Of a stretch of DNA of 64,000 nt, positions 17,215 through 26,563 are shown piece after piece (the first letter of the stretch is position 1; each line of letters begins with the position of its first letter). Position numbers and translations under genes: made by a program. The stretch spans positions 10,948 to 74,947 of IMG/VR virus record IMGVR_UViG_3300007512_002775. The stretch is one strand, 5' to 3'. This DNA is from a virus. The notes beneath the pieces were generated by a model. The model did no database searches. It was not told the DNA's origin and saw only the letters and a list, made by a program, of their open reading frames with translations.

Positions 17215-19434
17215 CTATCTGCAAACATCCGAAAAAATATCATCTAAATAAGCTCTTATTTCAGCAGCGGTAATTGCAGGATGAAGATCGTAACATCTTG
17301 CCGCAATATCGGCAGGAGAACACCACTGCACGTGATATCGTCTAGGAACGATCGCAAATACTTCCAACTTATCATCAGCTTCACAATTACCGATGGTACA
17401 TGGATCCAAAGCTGCATTGACATCGGCTGGAGTGTAGTTGTGAAACGTCTGGGCCGATTCATCACTCAACACTACCGCCATGGGCCACGCATCACCTCTA
17501 AAAGCGAGATTTAAATTATTTCTGCCTACATCCACTACAGCATCATATTGAGGCTCTTCATTGTTGAGATTGCAACTGAGGCCAGCTAAGGCATTAGCAA
17601 ATGTCAAAGAATCCACCAAGTTTATCTCTACATCAGGAGGGGACCTCCACGGATTAGAAGGGCTTGGAGTCCTCCCTGGAACATTCACTAGTGCAAATCT
17701 ATGTGGTGTATTAGCAAATTCCAGTACATAAGGTTGAATGCCTTCACGCAGTGCTCTAATCTTATTGCACATAGAACCAGAGCGATCGATGGCAAACACC
17801 ATGTCCACCTTCTCGTGGCTATCCAGATCCTCGTCAATATCTCCGTCGCAGTCATTGTCGATCCCGTCACAGACCTCCTCTTCAGGCAAAGTCTGGCCTG
17901 CACAGAGAGCATCTATAAAAATACCATTAGACTCATTTCCCCACCGGCCCATCTGACACGTGAGCTGGCCTGGTTCGCATATGCCGATATTCACAGTCCC
18001 AGGGGGCCCAGTATAGCATTCAGCAAAAAGGCCTTCGTCAGTGGTTTGATCGCAGTCATCATCCCACGCGTTACAGACTTCTGGGCTCGGCGTGCCCAAA
18101 GTGGGGTCGCACTCCTCTTGCACTTGAGGTTCGTAAGCACATAACGCTTGGCACTCCGTAAAAGCGGTCTCAGTGCAATCTGGGTTGGTGCATACACACT
18201 CCATGAATCCAGCCCCACACACCAAACGCGGATTGCTCTGGCACGGAAGCAGCATTCCCAAGAATTCAGGAGGACACATGCACTGCAACTCTTCATCGAC
18301 AAGCCCGTCGCAGTCGTTGTCCATGCCGTCACAGATTTCAGCTTGTGGCTGCGGAGCGTTGCAATTCACCCAATTGCCAGCATTGCACGTTTCGATCCCA
18401 GAACCACAGATGGTCTGGCACGGTTGGAACAGTTCTTCGTCGGTGGCACCGTCACAATCGTTGTCTACTGCGTCGCACTCCTCGGTTTGAGGATATAGTG
18501 CATCTTCACACAGCAGGTCGGCTCCGGAACACATCAACATGCCATAATCGCATATGCCGGCATCAGTGAGTCCGCATTGATCTCCTTCGTATTCCGGGTG
18601 GTCATCAACGGTCCCGTCGCAGTCGTTGTCCAGACCGTCACAGACCTCTGTCGCTGGCAGTACTTCATGCATGCACCCAGACCACGCACCATTCTCACAT
18701 AATTCGATACCCGTCTTGCATGGGGTATATGAATTCAGCGGACTAGCAAACACTAGCCAATCTTGGGGAGTACCATCCGGGTCAGAGGGCCCAGACCAAC
18801 ACATTCTCTTGAGGCCTTCGTCTGTGTGAGCATCACAATTATTGTCCTTACCATCGCACACTTCTGTATGAGGGCCAACGGCACCAAGACATCCTCCTGG
18901 CAACCACACGTCGTCTTCTGTTCCTCCGATGGTATCGTAGCCGTCATCGAAGATACCCCACTGTGAGCCGCCAGTCGGAAGTGGGTGACAGATTTGTTTT
19001 CCGTACTTGCACTCTCCGTATAAGCGACCGACTTGAGTACTGTGCTCTTCTATTGTTCCCAATTCTCGGCCTTCTTCGTCTAACCAGCAACTCCTCTCTG
19101 GTATCGCCCAGTCAATGGAATACTCCTTATCAGCCGGCCAGCACTCGCATCCTTCGTCCACTCCCGTGTCACCAAAACCACAATTGACCAAATCGCCGTT
19201 AGAATCCTGCTCCTCTAATGGTAATGCAAGACAATTGCAGTTATTATCTAAGCCGTCGCAAAGCTCCAGGATGGATTCATCAAATTCTGCGTGTGGGTTG
19301 TCTAATTTACAGGAAGTATCGGGTGGAAAATCAGATGTTGAAGACCCGAACCAATTGACCAGTTCGTCCGTGCAGCTCATACAGACAATCGCTATTATCA
19401 CGGATAATATGATTGCTGAACGCTTTTTGTGCAT
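17215..19434 (-). CDS. Cys-rich lipoprotein with seven ExCDGxDNxC repeats and C-terminal VWA domain
   Basis: Lipobox-like VCMSC; repeats of the myxobacterial 'putative metal-binding motif'; MIDAS DRSGS. Confidence 0.85.
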   Translation of the reverse strand: MHKKRSAIILSVIIAIVCMSCTDELVNWFGSSTSDFPPDTSCKLDNPHAEFDESILELCDGLDNNCNCLALPLEEQDSNGDLVNCGFGDTGVDEGCECWPADKEYSIDWAIPERSCWLDEEGRELGTIEEHSTQVGRLYGECKYGKQICHPLPTGGSQWGIFDDGYDTIGGTEDDVWLPGGCLGAVGPHTEVCDGKDNNCDAHTDEGLKRMCWSGPSDPDGTPQDWLVFASPLNSYTPCKTGIELCENGAWSGCMHEVLPATEVCDGLDNDCDGTVDDHPEYEGDQCGLTDAGICDYGMLMCSGADLLCEDALYPQTEECDAVDNDCDGATDEELFQPCQTICGSGIETCNAGNWVNCNAPQPQAEICDGMDNDCDGLVDEELQCMCPPEFLGMLLPCQSNPRLVCGAGFMECVCTNPDCTETAFTECQALCAYEPQVQEECDPTLGTPSPEVCNAWDDDCDQTTDEGLFAECYTGPPGTVNIGICEPGQLTCQMGRWGNESNGIFIDALCAGQTLPEEEVCDGIDNDCDGDIDEDLDSHEKVDMVFAIDRSGSMCNKIRALREGIQPYVLEFANTPHRFALVNVPGRTPSPSNPWRSPPDVEINLVDSLTFANALAGLSCNLNNEEPQYDAVVDVGRNNLNLAFRGDAWPMAVVLSDESAQTFHNYTPADVNAALDPCTIGNCEADDKLEVFAIVPRRYHVQWCSPADIAARCYDLHPAITAAEIRAYLDDIFSDVCR

Positions 19435-19443
19435 CAGAGTTTC

Positions 19444-19812
19444 CTACCTGCACTGCTCCTCATTTATCATCGCCAGAACCAGCCGCTTGAGACTCTGGGT
19501 AGACAAGCGGCGGCTTTCATTAAGGGAAACCAGGGGTTCATCGATGGGAAACGAACGTGTTAAGGAAGTAGAGCTAAATTGATAGTCTTCAATTGGAGCT
19601 TCGAGGTCTTGGGCATTAGTGCGCAGCACTTCACTCTTGGTATGCAACACCACTTTGTCTGCCAACAAATAGTCTAGTCCGTGATCCACCATCAGATCAC
19701 GTGTAGACAACTGCTTAAGCGCATCTACCTCAGCAACCACCAAAGGTGCATTGTTAAGGGCTTTTATGACAGCTAATTCAAGGTCTACAGCTTCTGTGAG
19801 TTTTTTGCGCAT
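19444..19812 (-). CDS. Hypothetical protein with LTE/LNE and LKRLV...INEE tag
   Basis: Tag; ATATTTA upstream (19838-19844). Confidence 0.6.
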   Translation of the reverse strand: MRKKLTEAVDLELAVIKALNNAPLVVAEVDALKQLSTRDLMVDHGLDYLLADKVVLHTKSEVLRTNAQDLEAPIEDYQFSSTSLTRSFPIDEPLVSLNESRRLSTQSLKRLVLAMINEEQCR

Positions 19813-19925
19813 ACGTTTCGTGCCTCTATTTCAGTTTTAAATATGCAGGCACACGTTGTTTTGATTTGTTTGTCGTAGCAAACTGATTTTAAACGCATAT
19901 TTTGCAAACTACGCCGTAAAACCTA

Positions 19926-20624
19926 CTACTTCTTTTTACGGCGTTTGTTCTGGCCGTACTTCTTATGCCGTCGTTTGCGCTTTGATGAAGACTTGGTTTT
20001 CGGCCAAGAGGGTTTTGTCCGAAAACCTTTTTTTGGCTCTTCAGCAACTCTCTTGATTTTTTCTGTTTTATTTTTTTGGAGAGCTGCTCTCGTTTGCCGA
20101 CGGATGCTAGTCTTAAGGGCACTCACTGCTAAGCGTCTTTTTGATGATGAGAGGCGATCCAGGTAAAGTTTTCCCACCAAATGATCGGTTTCATGTTGAA
20201 CTATTCCAGAAAATGGGGCCGTTAATTGCACAATTCGAAGCTCGCCTGTTAAATCTTGATACTCTAGCGTGATATTCTTGTGCCTTTCTACTTCAGCAGA
20301 ATAGCCGGGGACGGATAAGCATGCTTCTTCCCATGAAAATTTTTCTTGACCGATGAGATCAATTTTAGGATTAATGAGAACAATGGCCTCGGAGAGGATC
20401 GGATCTGTTTCTATAGTATCTGCTGTCGCAAAATCAGAAGCAATAACAACTAGCGATTTAGTAACTCCTATTTGAGTAGCAGCTAAACCGGCGCCGAACT
20501 CTACTTTCATCGAATCCAACATATCGTTGGCTAATTGAACAATAGAGCTATCTAAGGTAGTGACAGGCTCTGCCGAAAGGCTAAGACGCGGATCAGGCCA
20601 CGTTAAGATGGTCCTCGCTGGCAA
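19926..20624 (-). CDS. def: Peptide deformylase with long basic C-terminal tail
   Basis: GAGLAATQIG, EACLS, QHETDHLxG. Confidence 0.93.
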   Translation of the reverse strand: MPARTILTWPDPRLSLSAEPVTTLDSSIVQLANDMLDSMKVEFGAGLAATQIGVTKSLVVIASDFATADTIETDPILSEAIVLINPKIDLIGQEKFSWEEACLSVPGYSAEVERHKNITLEYQDLTGELRIVQLTAPFSGIVQHETDHLVGKLYLDRLSSSKRRLAVSALKTSIRRQTRAALQKNKTEKIKRVAEEPKKGFRTKPSWPKTKSSSKRKRRHKKYGQNKRRKKK

Positions 20625-20636
20625 AAAAAACTTCTC

Positions 20637-20885
20637 CTAGGCAACGTGCTCAATGCAAAGTTCTTTCTCGAGAATATCTAGGGCTTGGTCAAAGTCTTGC
20701 ACCTCTTCAGGTTTGAGTTTGGCCCTGATTTTGGCAGTACGCAAAGCAGCTTGAAAAGCTTTCGGATCAACCTTACTTTTAAATTCAGCTAATAATTGCT
20801 TTTTATCATCCTGCAGTAACTTAATTTCGTTTTCAATTCTAGAATATCGATCAAATAATTCATTGATCTCTTGATTAGTCGCCAT
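20637..20885 (-). CDS. GapR/DUF2312- or T4 DsbA-like small DNA-binding protein
   Basis: RIENEIKLLQDDKKQLLAEFK..VDPKAF..ALR..K pattern. Confidence 0.5.
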   Translation of the reverse strand: MATNQEINELFDRYSRIENEIKLLQDDKKQLLAEFKSKVDPKAFQAALRTAKIRAKLKPEEVQDFDQALDILEKELCIEHVA

Positions 20886-20888
20886 CTT

Positions 20889-21041
20889 TTATTTTTCCTC
20901 TCGCTTATGATAAAGTATTCCTACCCAACACCCCATTGCACATAACAGCTGATACCAGGCTAGTTTTTCTTGGCCCCTAAAAAGACTAATGGGAAAAAGT
21001 ACCGTATTAATACAAACACATACAATGCATAAATCAAACAC
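20889..21041 (-). CDS. Small two-TM membrane protein (50 aa, below cutoff)
   Basis: GTG start; MFDLCIVCVCINTVLFPISLF...LLCAMGCWVGILYHKREEK fills the gap. Confidence 0.55.
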   Translation of the reverse strand: MFDLCIVCVCINTVLFPISLFRGQEKLAWYQLLCAMGCWVGILYHKREEK

Positions 21042-21048
21042 TAGCTTT

Positions 21049-21306
21049 TTAGTCAAAAGTCGCACTAGTATCCTTGACAGTCGGAATCAGTAAAAGCTCT
21101 CCCTGGACCAACACTACATCATAAACCGCTTCGCCTGTCATTTCAGACTTGTAAGAGGTGATGAGCAAACCCGAGGTAGGAGCATTTATTGTTTTCCTCC
21201 CATTTTCCTCGACTTTATAATAAAGCCCCGGCTTAACTGTCAACAACTTCTTGGGTTGTATCGATGATGACAAGATCGTCATATTCCTTCTGGGGCGGAT
21301 CATCAT
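21049..21306 (-). CDS. Hypothetical protein
   Basis: Fits packing; true start probably further downstream. Confidence 0.5.
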   Translation of the reverse strand: MMIRPRRNMTILSSSIQPKKLLTVKPGLYYKVEENGRKTINAPTSGLLITSYKSEMTGEAVYDVVLVQGELLLIPTVKDTSATFD

Positions 21307-21487
21307 TAGAAGGCTCTTCGACCTCTGGCTCTAAGCCTAGAACTTCTTGGATTTCCTCGACGGGCGGCGGGATGATCCGTTTAGACCTAAAAAGCTCCAG
21401 GGCCTCGCTCATCGTAGAAACCCCCCGTAAGAAGGCTGGAAGGGTCGTCCCTCTGCGGGCCTGTACATACCTCCATTGTTTCATCAT
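21233..21487 (-). CDS. Hypothetical protein
   Basis: Coupled to upstream gene. Confidence 0.6.
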   Translation of the reverse strand: MMKQWRYVQARRGTTLPAFLRGVSTMSEALELFRSKRIIPPPVEEIQEVLGLEPEVEEPSNDDPPQKEYDDLVIIDTTQEVVDS

Positions 21488-21777
21488 TTTCGTCTGACGT
21501 TGATGGAATTTAAAATATCTGCAATGCCAGCCTGAAATCTCGGGTCTTTAGCGGTCTTTTGGAGAACTTCTTCAGAGGTAGGCAGATCGTTAATTTGATG
21601 GACTGGTTTTGCAATCTTTTTCAGAGCCGACAAAAATACGTTTCGAGCGGTTGCATGATTCATCTTATGGCCGTTTTTAGTCATGACATTAGCGATAGTT
21701 CGGTAATCCTCTCCTCCGGCAAATGTCTTGTTCGTCGCATATCCATGCTCAGACTTATATCCTTTAGGCATTGGCAT
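21484..21777 (-). CDS. HTH protein resembling sigma70 region 4.2
   Basis: DYRTIANVM...NHATARNVFLSALKKIAKP vs canonical TLEEIG...TRERIRQIExKALxKLRHP; own AAGGAG RBS. Confidence 0.55.
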   Translation of the reverse strand: MPMPKGYKSEHGYATNKTFAGGEDYRTIANVMTKNGHKMNHATARNVFLSALKKIAKPVHQINDLPTSEEVLQKTAKDPRFQAGIADILNSINVRRK

Positions 21778-21798
21778 GTAACTTCTCCTTATGTTTTA

Positions 21799-22506
21799 TT
21801 ATAGTTCTGGCTCTGAAATCCCAAATCTCAAGCGCAGAACAGTTTCTTCTCGAGGGGAAAGCTCTGAGAGAGCTTCGCGAATGACAGCGATCATCTTACA
21901 GCGGTCCAACTCATCGCCTGGGTCTCTTGCGTCGTCGTCTACCAACACTTCGTGCAAACGACGATCAGAATTAGGATCCGATTGAAAGGCTGAGCTGTCC
22001 AGGGAAATTACCGACGAAGCAGACTTTATTAATGCCTGCAGGGTCTTAGGGCTCGTGCCTAGAAGATCGGCCACTTCCTTTTGAGTGGGTTTAAATCCGA
22101 ACTCCTCTTCGTATTCTTCGATGATATTTTTCATCTTCCACAGGGTGCCTTTCGCATAAGAAGGAAGATTGATGGTACTTCCATGAGAAGCTACATGCTG
22201 ACGCACAGCCTGTTTGATCCACCAACAAGCATAGGTAGAAAACTTAAACCCTTTGCGCCAATCAAATCGATCTACTGCTTTGATGAGGCCCAAAGAAGAT
22301 TCTTGAATAAGATCATCTAAATCGCACCCCTTTCCAGCATACTTCTTCGCAATATTAATTGCCAGACGAATATTCGCCCGAATCATATGATCCCGGGCAC
22401 GCTGGTCCCCAGCCTCAATTCGCTTTGATAGCTCTACTTCCTCTTCTCTCGAAAGCAAAGCAGTCTTGCCCACTTCTTTAAAATAAGCCTTTAGATCAGA
22501 TGCCAT
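21799..22506 (-). CDS. Sigma70 (RpoD/RpoS-like) factor truncated after region 4.1
   Basis: YFKEVG..LLSREEE (1.2), NIRLA..IAKKY, DLIQE..GLIKAVDRFD..KGFKFSTYAxWWI (2), region 3, ends LSPREETVLRLRFGI. Confidence 0.92.
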   Translation of the reverse strand: MASDLKAYFKEVGKTALLSREEEVELSKRIEAGDQRARDHMIRANIRLAINIAKKYAGKGCDLDDLIQESSLGLIKAVDRFDWRKGFKFSTYACWWIKQAVRQHVASHGSTINLPSYAKGTLWKMKNIIEEYEEEFGFKPTQKEVADLLGTSPKTLQALIKSASSVISLDSSAFQSDPNSDRRLHEVLVDDDARDPGDELDRCKMIAVIREALSELSPREETVLRLRFGISEPEL

Positions 22507-22507
22507 T

Positions 22508-22756
22508 TTATCGCCTATCTCCTCGGGGCTGCCTATTGTGTTGGCTAAACTTGATTTCTCTTCGCTGTCTCATTTGCCTCTCATGATCCAGGTAACAATA
22601 CTCTACTTCATGAGCGTGAGTGTCTTGTCCTAGGTTCCTAGCTTCTCGAATCGTCCTTTTAACTCTAAAAATATGACGTTGCAATTCGTCGTTTGTCATA
22701 CCTCCTACCTCGTCCAATGAAAAAGTAACTACATCAAAATCGAATTTCTTGCCCAT
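22508..22756 (-). CDS. Hypothetical protein
   Basis: GAGGA RBS; first gene after class A promoter. Confidence 0.65.
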   Translation of the reverse strand: MGKKFDFDVVTFSLDEVGGMTNDELQRHIFRVKRTIREARNLGQDTHAHEVEYCYLDHERQMRQRREIKFSQHNRQPRGDRR

Positions 22757-22798
22757 CCTGTCCTCCTATACTAAGCAGATTCCAAGCAAGTTTCTACC

Positions 22799-22827
22799 AT
22801 TATAATACTCTTTAATAGCGATTTACA
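22799..22827 (-). promoter_or_regulatory. Class A promoter (TGTAAA-N17-TATAAT) upstream of the sigma operon
   Basis: Exact motif. Confidence 0.7.
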
Positions 22828-22838
22828 CCCCAATTGCA

Positions 22839-24467
22839 TCATAAAGTTTCAATAAGTCCCAAATCAGAGACTGTTTCCTCACTGTAACAGATGGCACACC
22901 CTATGAGTAGCACATTACAGGCCACTGAGACCGCGTGTTGTAACGCAGAATGAACCACAAGATGCGGATCAATAATCTTAAGGTCAATCATGTTACCAAA
23001 GCTATCTTGTGCTGCATCGTATCCCACGCCCTGCTTGTTTCGATGAACCTTTCTCACAACCATTTCCGGGATTCCTCCGGCGTTCTCTACAATTTGCCTC
23101 AAAGGAGCCGAGCATGCCTTGAGCAGCGCCTCATAACCCATCCTATAAGACTCAGATTCACACTTTTTAACTCGACATTTCGAAGCCGCACAGACTAAAG
23201 CAGTGCCTCCACCGGGTTGAATGCCCTCTTTTCTTGCAGCGCGCGCCGAATGGAGGGCATCGTCTATTCGATCTCGACGCTCCATCATTTCTCCCTCCGT
23301 CGCTCCGCCCACCCTGATGATGCCAATACCCTCAGACAACCTCCTCAGTCGTCGATTCGCTACATCCACCTCAAGTTGAGACGATGAGGGATCTTCTAAA
23401 ATGGCCTTAATCGATACGATTCTTTCGTCGACTTTTTGGGCATCTCTTTTGTTTTTAGTTCCTATCAGGACTGTGCCATTTTTATTAATTACAACCTTGT
23501 CCGCATAACCAAGAAAATCGCTTACATCTTGACGTTCCATCAAACCGTCATCAATCGCTAGCACTTCTGCTCCGCATAAAGCTGCAATGTCTTGAAGCGC
23601 TATCGTCCTAGCATTCCCAAACTCAGGAGCTTTAATGGCACAAACACAGAGTGTCCCCTTCATGCGATTCAATACTAAGGTCTGTAAGGCTTCACTAGCT
23701 ACATCATTGGCAACAATGAGAAGTGCGCTGTTGGTATTGGCTGCATACTCCAGTGCTGGAAGGATAGACTTAGCTGTGTTGAGCGTTTGGTTGTAAACCA
23801 ATATGGCTACTCGCTCCAACTCTGCCAAGCCTTTCGCTTGATCAGTCACAAAGTATGGACTGAGGAACCCTCTATCTATAACAGCTCCTTCCACTATTTC
23901 CAAGGAAGTATCGAATCCTTTCGCTTGTTCTACTGAGATGGCGCCGTCGTCTCCTACGGCGTCTAGCGCTTCAGCGATCAATTCTCCGATTGTAACTTCT
24001 CCATTAGCAGAAATAGTTGCCACACTAATGAGATCATCCCGGCCGTCAACACCCAACCTCGTTTGGTCTAACGCGCTTAAAACATCTAGCGACGCAGCTT
24101 CTATTCCAGCACAGAGCTGCCTAACATCAACATCAGTAAGAAGGAGTCGCGCGCCCTCGTGCAAGATAGCTTGTGCCAAGACTGTTGCAGTAGTGGTACC
24201 ATCCCCAGCGACTTCAGCAGATCTTTGAGCTGCCTCCTTTACTAGTTGGGCACCCAAGTTCTCGAAGGGATCCAACAGCGATATCGCATTAGCCACAGAC
24301 ACGCCATCCTTAGTGAGGTGCGGAGGTGCCCCAGGCCGAAAAATAGCAACATTTTTTCCTTTGGGCCCTAAAGTAACTTTGACTGCATTGGCCAAAGTAT
24401 CAACCCCACGGATAATCTTACTCCTAGCTTCAGAATCAAATTTTACATCGGTTACATCGTGAATCAT
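22839..24467 (-). CDS. groEL: Chaperonin GroEL
   Basis: TLGPKG, TKDGVSVA, GDGTTTATVLA, KAPxFG, GGGTAL, IIDP. Confidence 0.96.
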   Translation of the reverse strand: MIHDVTDVKFDSEARSKIIRGVDTLANAVKVTLGPKGKNVAIFRPGAPPHLTKDGVSVANAISLLDPFENLGAQLVKEAAQRSAEVAGDGTTTATVLAQAILHEGARLLLTDVDVRQLCAGIEAASLDVLSALDQTRLGVDGRDDLISVATISANGEVTIGELIAEALDAVGDDGAISVEQAKGFDTSLEIVEGAVIDRGFLSPYFVTDQAKGLAELERVAILVYNQTLNTAKSILPALEYAANTNSALLIVANDVASEALQTLVLNRMKGTLCVCAIKAPEFGNARTIALQDIAALCGAEVLAIDDGLMERQDVSDFLGYADKVVINKNGTVLIGTKNKRDAQKVDERIVSIKAILEDPSSSQLEVDVANRRLRRLSEGIGIIRVGGATEGEMMERRDRIDDALHSARAARKEGIQPGGGTALVCAASKCRVKKCESESYRMGYEALLKACSAPLRQIVENAGGIPEMVVRKVHRNKQGVGYDAAQDSFGNMIDLKIIDPHLVVHSALQHAVSVACNVLLIGCAICYSEETVSDLGLIETL

Positions 24468-24658
24468 CCTTTGAGGATTCTCTTATTGGATTCAGTAATG
24501 AGATCTGCCTCTCCGACCACTCGACGCTCATTAGTCACTGCATTTTCAGCGATAACTAAATCTCCTGTAACAAAAGCGACCTCCTGCTCAGATAACAATC
24601 CTTTTTCGCGAAGGATCCCCAGTTGTTGAGGCGTCAATATTTGCTTGAAGCTTGTCAT
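24464..24658 (-). CDS. Small hypothetical protein
   Basis: Coupled to groEL; overlaps the exonuclease 3' end. Confidence 0.55.
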   Translation of the reverse strand: MTSFKQILTPQQLGILREKGLLSEQEVAFVTGDLVIAENAVTNERRVVGEADLITESNKRILKG

Positions 24659-25445
24659 TTAAAATCTCCATAGTTGTTTTCCATTTTATCCACGCTTTAC
24701 CAATTATGCTTTTAAATCGGTATTCCGTAAATGTGCTTTTGACGGTGGCCTCGTTAAATCTATTTGTTACAATTTCCCACAGGGCACAGTCAGGCTGGAT
24801 GTCTGCTAAACGGATTTGGGCTTTGGCAGACTCAAAAATATCTCTGCGCGCAGTGTCCGCATCTAAAAATTGCCTAAGAATGTCCAAGTCCTCGCAAAGA
24901 GAAAATGCTCTCTTTGCGCCGATCCCACGAATTCCCTTGACATTGTCTGCTGGATCTCCCTTTAGGGCTTTCCATGTGACATAATCTACGGGCCACTTCT
25001 CGATAAATTTTTTCTTTATCGGATTCCATAGAGAAATATTGCCTTTTTCTAACAGTTGAATGAAATCTGTATCAGAGGAGAGAATAACAATATCATCCTC
25101 AGAGCTAAGAGCCTCACAGAGGTAACCGATCACATCATCGCACTCATAATTAGGGTGGCGAATAAAAATGAATGGAAATTTTTCGCTCAATTCGAATATT
25201 TCTCTTTTTTGCCGCAAAAATGCTTCATCGACTTCTGAGGGCCGATGAGCTTTGTAATCCTCGTTTAACGCTAAACGGTGCCGCGGATGGCCTTCTGATA
25301 CTAGGTAAACCAGATCTGGGGAGTGACGATCTATTTCGGATTTCACCGATCGGAAGAAATTAAAAACCGTAGAATACTCTCCTGAACCAAAGCTATGACG
25401 CGCACGATGAATCATGTTGTAAGCATCAATTATCAGAATTTTCAT
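24588..25445 (-). CDS. 5'-3' exonuclease / flap endonuclease (PolA N-terminal or T4 RNase H-like)
   Basis: IIDAYN, YKxxR, ECDD, SSDTDFIQL, GDPADNVKGIRGIG. Confidence 0.9.
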   Translation of the reverse strand: MKILIIDAYNMIHRARHSFGSGEYSTVFNFFRSVKSEIDRHSPDLVYLVSEGHPRHRLALNEDYKAHRPSEVDEAFLRQKREIFELSEKFPFIFIRHPNYECDDVIGYLCEALSSEDDIVILSSDTDFIQLLEKGNISLWNPIKKKFIEKWPVDYVTWKALKGDPADNVKGIRGIGAKRAFSLCEDLDILRQFLDADTARRDIFESAKAQIRLADIQPDCALWEIVTNRFNEATVKSTFTEYRFKSIIGKAWIKWKTTMEILNDKLQANIDASTTGDPSRKRIVI

Positions 25446-25848
25446 TCAAGTACTCCTCGGGAACTTTCACGTTAACTTTTGCCAACTGGCCATCAGGAAG
25501 CACCACTTGAGTAAAGCCCTCTTGAGAAGAAATGTCATCTAAAGAATTTGGGGTGCCTACGGTACCGAACGCCTCATTGGCAAACTGTTGGGCTTGGGTG
25601 ATGCCGGCATCTATCATTTGTTCTGCGCGTGCCATTAAATGTTTCCTTACATCATCAAGCTGCAAAAAATATAATGCGCCTAATTTTTCTAAAACGGCCG
25701 GCTTCCTATTAGGAAATTCAATCTTATGGGTAGTGGTTTCTCCATCTAGAGTTCTGCTCACTATCTGTTCATTGACACGCGCTGGAAGTACGATTTTTTC
25801 TTTCGAATCAATAATGTAGATAACAGTTCCCACCTCAATTTGCATCAA
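25426..25848 (-). CDS. Hypothetical protein
   Basis: Coupled overlaps. Confidence 0.65.
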   Translation of the reverse strand: MMQIEVGTVIYIIDSKEKIVLPARVNEQIVSRTLDGETTTHKIEFPNRKPAVLEKLGALYFLQLDDVRKHLMARAEQMIDAGITQAQQFANEAFGTVGTPNSLDDISSQEGFTQVVLPDGQLAKVNVKVPEEYLNENSDN

Positions 25849-26497
25849 GGGCCTCCGGGACGTACGTATAAGACGCAGGAGCGGCTTTCCAATAGTCCAA
25901 TCTTTTTTGGAGCCTACAACGTTGTTTAGGAGTCAGGGAGCGCTTGGTCATAGCTGCCCGAATAGTCTTTAAATGCTTCTCTCTGTTGTTCTGGGCTTGC
26001 CCTACTAAAACTCTGCATTTTTTCATGCCTTTGTGCTTATACATCGCTACTTTCCCACGAGAACCGTTAGAAAGTGGTCGAAAGTCATCGACAGTTAAAT
26101 TTTCAAAGTGGAGTACCACAAATTTTTCGAAATTATCGTCTGCTACAACATACAAATAATCGAGTGATTCCTTTTGGAGAAGAGTCTCGTAATCTGAATG
26201 GAAACTAATGGCACCGCTTTGATGACGGCTCGTTAACTTACACTCCAGCTCTTTATCCAAGCCTCCGATAACAATGTCTGCTTGGCCTGTTCGGCCGTCA
26301 TAAGTCACACCTTCTTGGGCACGAGATATAACGTCGGCAAAGAATTTCTCATGCGCTTGGGACATCACAATATTTCTGCGGCCCAAATTCTGCATTAAAT
26401 CAAATCCATGCTTGGAAAATAATTCACTACATTCTGCGTGGAAGGTGCGCATCTGGCGCAATGCATCAATAGACTGTTCTCGACTCAAATATGACAT
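25835..26497 (-). CDS. Putative PD-(D/E)xK nuclease
   Basis: HE...ADIVI...ELECK spacing. Confidence 0.5.
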   Translation of the reverse strand: MSYLSREQSIDALRQMRTFHAECSELFSKHGFDLMQNLGRRNIVMSQAHEKFFADVISRAQEGVTYDGRTGQADIVIGGLDKELECKLTSRHQSGAISFHSDYETLLQKESLDYLYVVADDNFEKFVVLHFENLTVDDFRPLSNGSRGKVAMYKHKGMKKCRVLVGQAQNNREKHLKTIRAAMTKRSLTPKQRCRLQKRLDYWKAAPASYTYVPEALDAN

Positions 26498-26530
26498 AAA
26501 ACTAATTCCTCCGACATGTATTTCGTTAAT

Positions 26531-26558
26531 ATTATAACATGTCAGGAACTTATTTACA
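26531..26558 (-). promoter_or_regulatory. Class A promoter (TGTAAA-N16-TATAAT)
   Basis: Exact motif. Confidence 0.7.
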
Positions 26559-26563
26559 CCATT

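Noticed and set aside
21778-21801. Sigma truncation as pseudogene, sequencing error or readthrough
   Set aside because: Two consecutive TAA codons and a strong RBS for the downstream ORF favour two real genes
26507-26548. Imperfect inverted repeat (GACATGT...ACATGTC) around a -10 element
   Set aside because: Short and partly explained by a self-palindromic hexamer; too weak to call an operator
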